The notes beneath the pieces were generated by a model. That model did no database searches. It saw nothing but the letters and a program-made list of their open reading frames with translations, and was not told where the DNA came from. Made by a program: the position numbers and the translations under genes. A stretch of DNA of 39,935 nucleotides. Origin: a virus (Duplodnaviria; Heunggongvirae; Uroviricota; Caudoviricetes). This document shows, one piece after another, positions 34,838 to 39,935 of the stretch. The number at the start of each line of letters is the position of its first letter. The stretch's first letter is position 1. The DNA is taken from IMG/VR virus record IMGVR_UViG_2711768011_000006. One strand, 5' to 3'.

Positions 34838-36892
34838 ATGTCAGACTCCAAGTGGAAAATGCTCTCCGCCATGCCCGGAGAGTTTTCAGTCAAGGTTGCC
34901 GGTGGCACGGTGGCATTTATTGAAAGCCCTTTCCGCCCTTCGGGTAATAAAGGGGGGATCACCTTCGCAGACTGCGTGATCCGCTTCAGCACGAAAGAGC
35001 CATTATGGGTAATGCCGGTATCCGGTAATCCCAGTGCAGAAATCACCAGTTCAGGCGTGACTGGCATCATTCCAATCACATCTGACGTGGCCGGAACGCT
35101 CACGCCCTCCGACTGGAATGCACCGGATAACGCCGGGCCTTCCGGTAGCACGAATGGCAGCAGTTCAGAGCCGGAATATTACTTTGTTGTCATTCTCGCG
35201 GGTCAGTCAAATGGCATGGCCTACGGCGAGGGGCTGCCGTTACCGGATTCGTTTGACCGCCCGGACCCACGCATTAAGCAACTGGCACGCCGCAGTACGG
35301 TAACGCCCAACGGTACGTCGTGTACATACAACGACATCATTCCGGCAGACCACTGCCTGCATGATGTTCAGGATATGAGCGGGATAAACCACCCGAAAGC
35401 TGATCTGGCAAAAGGCCAGTACGGGACTGTCGGTCAGGGGTTGCATATTGCCAAAAAACTGCTTCCCTATATCCCACAGAATGCCGGGATACTTCTGGTG
35501 CCCTGTTGTCGTGGCGGGTCAGCATTCACCACTGGAGCCGACGGCTCATTCAGTGAGGCCAGCGGTGCTTCCGCTGATTCTTCACGCTGGGGGGCCGGTA
35601 AACCTCTGTATCAGGACCTGGTAAGCCGCACCAAAGTCGCGCTGGCGAAAAACCCGAAAAACAAACTTCTGGCTGTGGTCTGGATGCAGGGAGAGGCAGA
35701 CCTTGCCTCAGGAAGCCAGCAGCATAATAGTTTATTCACGGCCATGGTTCAGCAGTTCAGAACTGACCTGGCTCCGCTTGCTGCGCAGTGCGTGAGTGGA
35801 AATGCCACCACGGTGCCGTGGATTTGCGGTGATACCACGTATTACTGGAAAAACGCTGGCACCGATAAATATGAGGCAGTATACGGTGGCTACAAAGGCA
35901 AGGAAGCACAGAAAATTTTCTTTGTACCGTTCCTGACGGATGAGAATGGACAGAGCACGCCAACGAATGCTCCGGCGGAAGACCCGGATATTGTGGCTGT
36001 CGGGTATTACGGTGCAGCATCCCGAACCCAGGGCAGTTTTGTTTCGACACAGCGTGACAGCCATTTCAGCTCATGGGCACGCAGGGGCGTCATTTCAGAC
36101 CGTCTGGCCTCAGCTATTATGCTCCATGCAGGGCGCACGGCTGAACTGATGCGTGGGCAGACCGTGACACCACCGGATGAGAAGCCGTCACCTGATACAC
36201 CATCAAAACCGTCCACGCCACCCGCAGACACCACGACGATGAGTACGCTATTTGCTTACCGGGCATCTGAGTCTGAAGGACGGTTGACACCACAGGGTTG
36301 GGCTGCCGGAGGTGGCAAGGCTCAAATCGTGGATGATGCCGGAGCCAGCGGGGGTAAGGCAATGAAACTGACCAAGGAAACAGGAAGAGCCCCCTGGTAC
36401 CTTGAGCATGATGCTGGTAATGGTGCGGACCTGCTGGGTAAAGGTGGTCTTGTCAGTTGTCGTTTTAAACTCGATGGCGCGCTTACGGCTAATCAGTACG
36501 CACTGGCGCTGTACTGGCCGGTTTCTGCCCTGCCGCAAGGGGTTACTCTGGAAGGAAATGCCGGTCATAACCTGCTGGCATCGTTCTACGTACAGAGCGA
36601 TGCCACAGACCTTAACGTGATGTATCACAAAGGAAACACGGCGCAGAACACGAAGCTGGGGTCATTCGGCGCATTTAATAACGAATGGCATACGCTGGGC
36701 TTCCGTTTTGCCGGTAACAACAGTATTGAGGTGACGCCGGTCATTGATGGTAAGGACGGGACACCATTCATGCTGTCGCAGTCTCCGGTCGGCACGTTTA
36801 CGGCAGACAAGTTGCGCGTGACCGATATCACTAAAAATGCGACTTACCCGGTACTGATTGACAGTATCGTGGTGGAAGTGAATAACGCGTAA
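34838..36892 (+). CDS. Multidomain SGNH-hydrolase / sialate-O-acetylesterase-like protein with Pro/Thr-rich linker and C-terminal beta-sandwich-like domain
   Basis: 684 aa. The block YYFVVILAGQSNGMAYGEG matches the GQSN-type catalytic block of the SASA carbohydrate esterase family. A PDEKPSPDTPSKPSTPPADTTT linker follows. Not part of the canonical Mu gene set. Confidence 0.6.
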   Translation: MSDSKWKMLSAMPGEFSVKVAGGTVAFIESPFRPSGNKGGITFADCVIRFSTKEPLWVMPVSGNPSAEITSSGVTGIIPITSDVAGTLTPSDWNAPDNAGPSGSTNGSSSEPEYYFVVILAGQSNGMAYGEGLPLPDSFDRPDPRIKQLARRSTVTPNGTSCTYNDIIPADHCLHDVQDMSGINHPKADLAKGQYGTVGQGLHIAKKLLPYIPQNAGILLVPCCRGGSAFTTGADGSFSEASGASADSSRWGAGKPLYQDLVSRTKVALAKNPKNKLLAVVWMQGEADLASGSQQHNSLFTAMVQQFRTDLAPLAAQCVSGNATTVPWICGDTTYYWKNAGTDKYEAVYGGYKGKEAQKIFFVPFLTDENGQSTPTNAPAEDPDIVAVGYYGAASRTQGSFVSTQRDSHFSSWARRGVISDRLASAIMLHAGRTAELMRGQTVTPPDEKPSPDTPSKPSTPPADTTTMSTLFAYRASESEGRLTPQGWAAGGGKAQIVDDAGASGGKAMKLTKETGRAPWYLEHDAGNGADLLGKGGLVSCRFKLDGALTANQYALALYWPVSALPQGVTLEGNAGHNLLASFYVQSDATDLNVMYHKGNTAQNTKLGSFGAFNNEWHTLGFRFAGNNSIEVTPVIDGKDGTPFMLSQSPVGTFTADKLRVTDITKNATYPVLIDSIVVEVNNA

Positions 36893-36906
36893 GCAGGATA
36901 AAAAAA

Positions 36907-36950
36907 TGCCGCCGGTAAGGGAAAACAAGAAACCGGCGGCAAAAAGATCG
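36907..36950. terminator. Hairpin downstream of the esterase gene (GCCGCCGGT-15 nt loop-ACCGGCGGC) flanked by A-runs
   Basis: 9-bp GC-rich perfect stem. The flanking A-runs would be T-runs for the minus strand, so this may act bidirectionally. Confidence 0.4.
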
Positions 36951-37036
36951 TTATATCCAAAGCAAAAAATGCAGTGCACCTTTTTACCTAACAGATATTA
37001 CCGGTGTCAACACCATGTCAATAATTGGGAGGGATA

Positions 37037-37219
37037 ATGACATTTTTACAGCTTATTTTATTGTATTTCTGCACGGCAGTATGTGCGTTATATCTGGTGA
37101 GTGGTGGTTATAAGGCCATCAGAAATTATGTTCGCCGCAAAATTGAGGACGCAGCAGCTGAAAAACTCAGTAAAACAGCGCAGGTAACTCCGCTCCCAAA
37201 AGACCCGACCCAGCCCTGA
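37037..37219 (+). CDS. Small membrane protein (single N-terminal transmembrane helix)
   Basis: ATG at 37037 preceded by GGGAGGG; 60 aa. Hydrophobic N-terminus (FLQLILLYFCTAVCALYLVSGG) followed by a charged tail. Confidence 0.4.
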   Translation: MTFLQLILLYFCTAVCALYLVSGGYKAIRNYVRRKIEDAAAEKLSKTAQVTPLPKDPTQP

Positions 37220-37254
37220 TTGCAGGGCTTTATTCCCGCATAAGGAGGATATAC

Positions 37255-37509
37255 ATGCCAGAAATTAAAGGCACCGTCACTGAAGACCTGGTAAAACAGG
37301 CACTGTATTCCGGTGAAGTAAATAAGTTGCTGAAAGCGCAGGTCCGCAAGGATTTTGAGGCACAAATCGACACTTACGTTGATGAAGTGCTGGCAAAACT
37401 TATTGGGCCAGCAGTTGCGGCCAGTGATGCTGATAATGAGCCGAAAACCGACGCGCAGCCAGAGCAACCAGACCCGGCTCAGCCCGGAACTGACAGTACC
37501 ATGATGTAA
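37255..37509 (+). CDS. Small acidic hypothetical protein
   Basis: ATG at 37255 with strong ribosome-binding site (AAGGAGG) 7 nt upstream; 84 aa, acidic Pro-rich C-terminus. Confidence 0.5.
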   Translation: MPEIKGTVTEDLVKQALYSGEVNKLLKAQVRKDFEAQIDTYVDEVLAKLIGPAVAASDADNEPKTDAQPEQPDPAQPGTDSTMM

Positions 37510-37676
37510 CAATACAAACCGGTGGTGTCCTCTGCCGGTTTGACACTAATGAAAACATCTTTGCCGCTATCCAGCCATATGTAATCGCTGGATAGTATTT
37601 CGTATTCAGAAATATAGCTGCTTATGGAGCAGTCAATCCTGCTTCCCCATCCGGGCAGGCAAATGAACCGGTATCA

Positions 37677-37970
37677 TTAGTCCGATTCACGCTTTTGTAG
37701 AATCGTTCCCAGAATGCTATACAGCTCATTAGCCTGTTGCTCCATCATTGAGACGGAGGCTATACGGTGCAAAGTGATTTCAGGAGGTGGCACACCTCCA
37801 TCTTCTTGCTGTGGAGGAAAAACATAAGATTTAATAAAAAAGTTGAAGCATATGAACTCTCCCGCACTCGAACTGTATTTGCAGGCATCTGAATAATCGG
37901 AAAAATAATCATTATAGATTTCCGCATTTTCAATCATTTTTCGATTTCTCGTCGTTACATGATTGTCCAT
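37677..37970 (-). CDS. Hypothetical protein on the minus strand in the AT-rich cargo region
   Basis: 97-aa ORF in a region of much lower GC content than the phage body. Confidence 0.4.
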   Translation of the reverse strand: MDNHVTTRNRKMIENAEIYNDYFSDYSDACKYSSSAGEFICFNFFIKSYVFPPQQEDGGVPPPEITLHRIASVSMMEQQANELYSILGTILQKRESD

Positions 37971-38162
37971 AGCAGCCTCTTACGCTGGCAATTAACCAAT
38001 TGACTTCTATAAATTAGTTGATTTGTTTGCTTTGCGGTATTCAAATGTACAATCATTCAGCACTTATGCGTTACAGCACCGTTTAAAATTAGTGATCAAA
38101 CTCATAAATTTTCGCTAATGACATTTCGTGTTATTTGTTGTATCAATTAAATAAATCAAATC

Positions 38163-38179
38163 GATCGTTTTTGTCGATC
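38163..38179. promoter_or_regulatory. Clustered GATC (Dam) sites upstream of com-mom (38163-38166 and 38176-38179) within the direct repeat TCGATCG-N6-TCGATCG
   Basis: Two GATC sites 13 bp apart about 50 bp upstream of the com start. In Mu, mom transcription is controlled by Dam methylation of upstream GATC sites. Confidence 0.4.
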
Positions 38180-38226
38180 GATTGAGTGATAAAGATATCA
38201 ACAACAAAGCAGGAGGTTATGCGGCC

Positions 38227-38427
38227 ATGTATCGAAACATACGGTGCCGACATTGTAACAAGCTACTGGCACGAGCCAGCTTCAGTTATCTGGAAGTTAA
38301 ATGTCCGCGCTGTAAAACCCTCAATCAAATCACATCTCAGAGCGCCACAGAGCACCCCACATACACAAGGAAATCCTGTCGTGGGGAACAGAAAGCAAGT
38401 TACATCCCGTATCATCAGCACGCCTGA
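38227..38427 (+). CDS. com: Com-like zinc-finger translational activator of mom
   Basis: ATG at 38227 with AGGAGG 10 nt upstream. Translation [35 protein letters not shown] resembles Mu Com (two CxxC pairs). Overlaps the 5' end of the mom frame. Confidence 0.8.
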   Translation: MYRNIRCRHCNKLLARASFSYLEVKCPRCKTLNQITSQSATEHPTYTRKSCRGEQKASYIPYHQHA

Positions 38428-39118
38428 ACTTATTCACTATAACGACAATATCGTCGGTTATGGCTCCCGTGAGTTACGGGTTGAGACAATAAGTTGCTGG
38501 CTGGCCCGGCTGGTCGTCGTCAATAAACATTACAGCCATCGTTTCGTAAATAATTCCTACCTTCATCTGGGCATATTTTCAGAACGGGAGCTGGTTGGCG
38601 TAATGCAATGGGGTTATGCCCTTAATCCAAACAATGGTGCACGCGTCGTAACTGGCACGCAGAACCGCGAATATATGGAGCTTAACCGGTTATGGCTGCA
38701 TGACTGTATGCCGAGAAACTCCGAATCAAGGGCAATCAGTTACGCGCTCAAACTAATCAGACAACTTTATCCGCAGGTGCAGTGGGTTCAGTCGTTTGCA
38801 GATGAGCGTTGTGGCTGTCTTGGTGTCGTGTACCAGGCAAGCAATTTTGATTATGTAGGCAGTCATGAAACAACATTCTATGAACTTGATGGCGAGTGGT
38901 ATCACGAGATTTGCAAGAATGCAATCAAACGAGGAGGACAGCGAGGTGAACATCTGCGGGCTAATATCGACAGAGCCAGTGTTCATAAATTCCGTCAGTT
39001 TCGTTACATCCGGTTTCTGGACAAGAGAGCCAGAAAACGCCTTAACACAAAGCTATTCAAAGTCCAGCCTTACCCAAAACCACAAACAGTTAAAACTGGT
39101 TTGAAAGAGAGTGAATGA
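38381..39118 (+). CDS. mom: Mom-like DNA modification protein; start uncertain (GTG at 38381 chosen; frame is open from 38186)
   Basis: Long ORF overlapping the com 3' end in another frame, as in Mu. Sequence ([18 protein letters not shown]...FADERCG...[10 protein letters not shown]) resembles Mu Mom as recalled. No in-frame ATG exists between com and the conserved region. Confidence 0.8.
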   Translation: MGNRKQVTSRIISTPELIHYNDNIVGYGSRELRVETISCWLARLVVVNKHYSHRFVNNSYLHLGIFSERELVGVMQWGYALNPNNGARVVTGTQNREYMELNRLWLHDCMPRNSESRAISYALKLIRQLYPQVQWVQSFADERCGCLGVVYQASNFDYVGSHETTFYELDGEWYHEICKNAIKRGGQRGEHLRANIDRASVHKFRQFRYIRFLDKRARKRLNTKLFKVQPYPKPQTVKTGLKESE

Positions 39119-39164
39119 ACGCTTAAAAACTCATTCTAAAACTCAAAAGAAAAGCGCCGATTTA

Positions 39165-39204
39165 GTATCAAATAAGTTGCGTATCGGCGTTTTTCAGCGG
39201 TATC
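39165..39204 (-). repeat. attR-like transposase-binding motifs (reverse complement of the left-end motif); terminal site truncated by the N gap
   Basis: GTATCAAATAAG (39165-39176) is the reverse complement of CTTATTTGATAC. CGGTATC (39198-39204) is the reverse complement of GATACCG and abuts the N run. Confidence 0.5.
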
Positions 39205-39453
39205 NNNNNNNNNNNNNNNNNNNNNNNNNNNNNNNNNNNNNNNNNNNNNNNNNNNNNNNNNNNNNNNNNNNNNNNNNNNNNNNNNNNNNNNNNNNNNNNN
39301 NNNNNNNNNNNNNNNNNNNNNNNNNNNNNNNNNNNNNNNNNNNNNNNNNNNNNNNNNNNNNNNNNNNNNNNNNNNNNNNNNNNNNNNNNNNNNNNNNNNN
39401 NNNNNNNNNNNNNNNNNNNNNNNNNNNNNNNNNNNNNNNNNNNNNNNNNNNNN
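39205..39453. other. Assembly gap (249 N)
   Basis: Continuous run of N. ORFs translated across it (39111-39470, 39194-39748) are artefacts. Confidence 1.
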
Positions 39454-39745
39454 CCAGTGGCCGGCGCTGACGTACTATGCAGATGATGGCTGGGCTGAGG
39501 CGGACAATAACATCGCTGAAAATGCGTTGCGGATGGTCAGTCTGGGCCGCAAAAACTACCTGTTCTTCGGTTCGGATCATGGAGGAGAGCGGGGAGCGCT
39601 GCTGTACAGCCTGATCGGGACGTGCAAACTGAACGGAGTGGAGCCAGAAAGCTACCTCCGCTATGTCCTTGACGTCATAGCCGACTGGCCGATAAACCGG
39701 GTCGGCGAACTGCTCCCCTGGCGCGTAGCACTGCCGACTGAATAA
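39454..39745 (+). CDS. tnpC: IS66-family transposase TnpC, C-terminal fragment (5' part lost in or before the gap)
   Basis: Frame open from the gap edge: QWPALTYYADDGWAEADNNIAENALRMVSLGRKNYLFFGSDHGGERGALLYSLIGTCKLNGVEP..., the conserved C-terminal block of IS66 transposases. Confidence 0.8.
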
Positions 39746-39782
39746 CACATTCCCGTCAATACGGTTCTTGCTGCACGCTTAC
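39454..39782 (+). mobile_element. IS66-family element, right portion, ending with terminal repeat ...CGCTTAC at 39782
   Basis: tnpC 3' end followed by about 37 bp ending in GCACGCTTAC, the reverse complement of the IS66-type terminus GTAAGCG. Confidence 0.6.
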
Positions 39783-39935
39783 GGTAAACACCCCGGAAGT
39801 GGTGATGCACACTGTTGCTGATGTGATGACAGGAAACGATGGTGAATACTGTTTCCATGCGCGGACTGGAAAATATGGTGTGTATCTGAAACCGGGCTGG
39901 CACAACGAGTACAACGTTGGCGACATTGCTGTATA

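Larger units (their letters stand above)
613..39204 (+). mobile_element. Mu-like transposable prophage (Mu-family); left end at about 613-625, right end inside the N gap
   Basis: Mu-order gene content (repressor, ner, A, B, gam, gemA, mor/C, lys, terminase, portal, F, G, I, T, sheath, tube, tape measure, baseplate, invertible fiber, gin, com, mom). Repeated end motif ATTTGATAC(C/T)G is present at both ends in inverted orientation. Confidence 0.9.

Noticed and set aside
39111-39748. ORFs translated across the N run (39111-39470 plus strand, 39194-39748 minus strand)
   Set aside because: Most of their length is X from undetermined bases. Only the flanking real sequence (tnpC 3' end) is meaningful.
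39661-39903. 80-aa minus-strand ORF spanning the IS66 terminus and flanking DNA
   Set aside because: It crosses the IS terminal repeat into unrelated flanking sequence and overlaps the tnpC 3' end; no support as a gene.
1-39935. CRISPR arrays, rRNA genes or integrase-type attachment sites
   Set aside because: No regularly spaced direct repeats with unique spacers, no rRNA-like sequence and no tyrosine integrase gene were seen. The element transposes by a DDE transposase.

Overview
The window is almost entirely one Mu-like transposable prophage of about 38.6 kb (roughly 613 to 39204), inserted into an IS66-family insertion sequence. IS66 tnpA and tnpB lie at the left edge (1-626), and the IS66 tnpC 3' end and terminal repeat lie at the right edge (39454-39782). 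The prophage right terminus runs into a 249-nt run of N (39205-39453), so the right junction cannot be read. Gene order follows phage Mu: attL transposase-binding repeats, repressor, ner, transposase A, ATPase B, a block of small accessory early genes, gam, gemA, a Mor/C-family activator, SAR endolysin and spanins, terminase, portal, head and tail morphogenesis genes, an invertible tail-fiber segment with a Gin/Pin-family invertase, and com-mom. Cargo not typical of Mu sits between the invertase and com-mom: a 684-aa SGNH/sialate-O-acetylesterase-like protein and three small ORFs. Other points of interest are a tRNA-like structured element between the F and G genes, a partial duplication of the small-terminase C-terminus, tandem paralogous small early proteins, and an unannotated four-CxxC zinc-ribbon ORF. 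All assignments rest on reading the translations and sequence motifs by eye; no database search was run.
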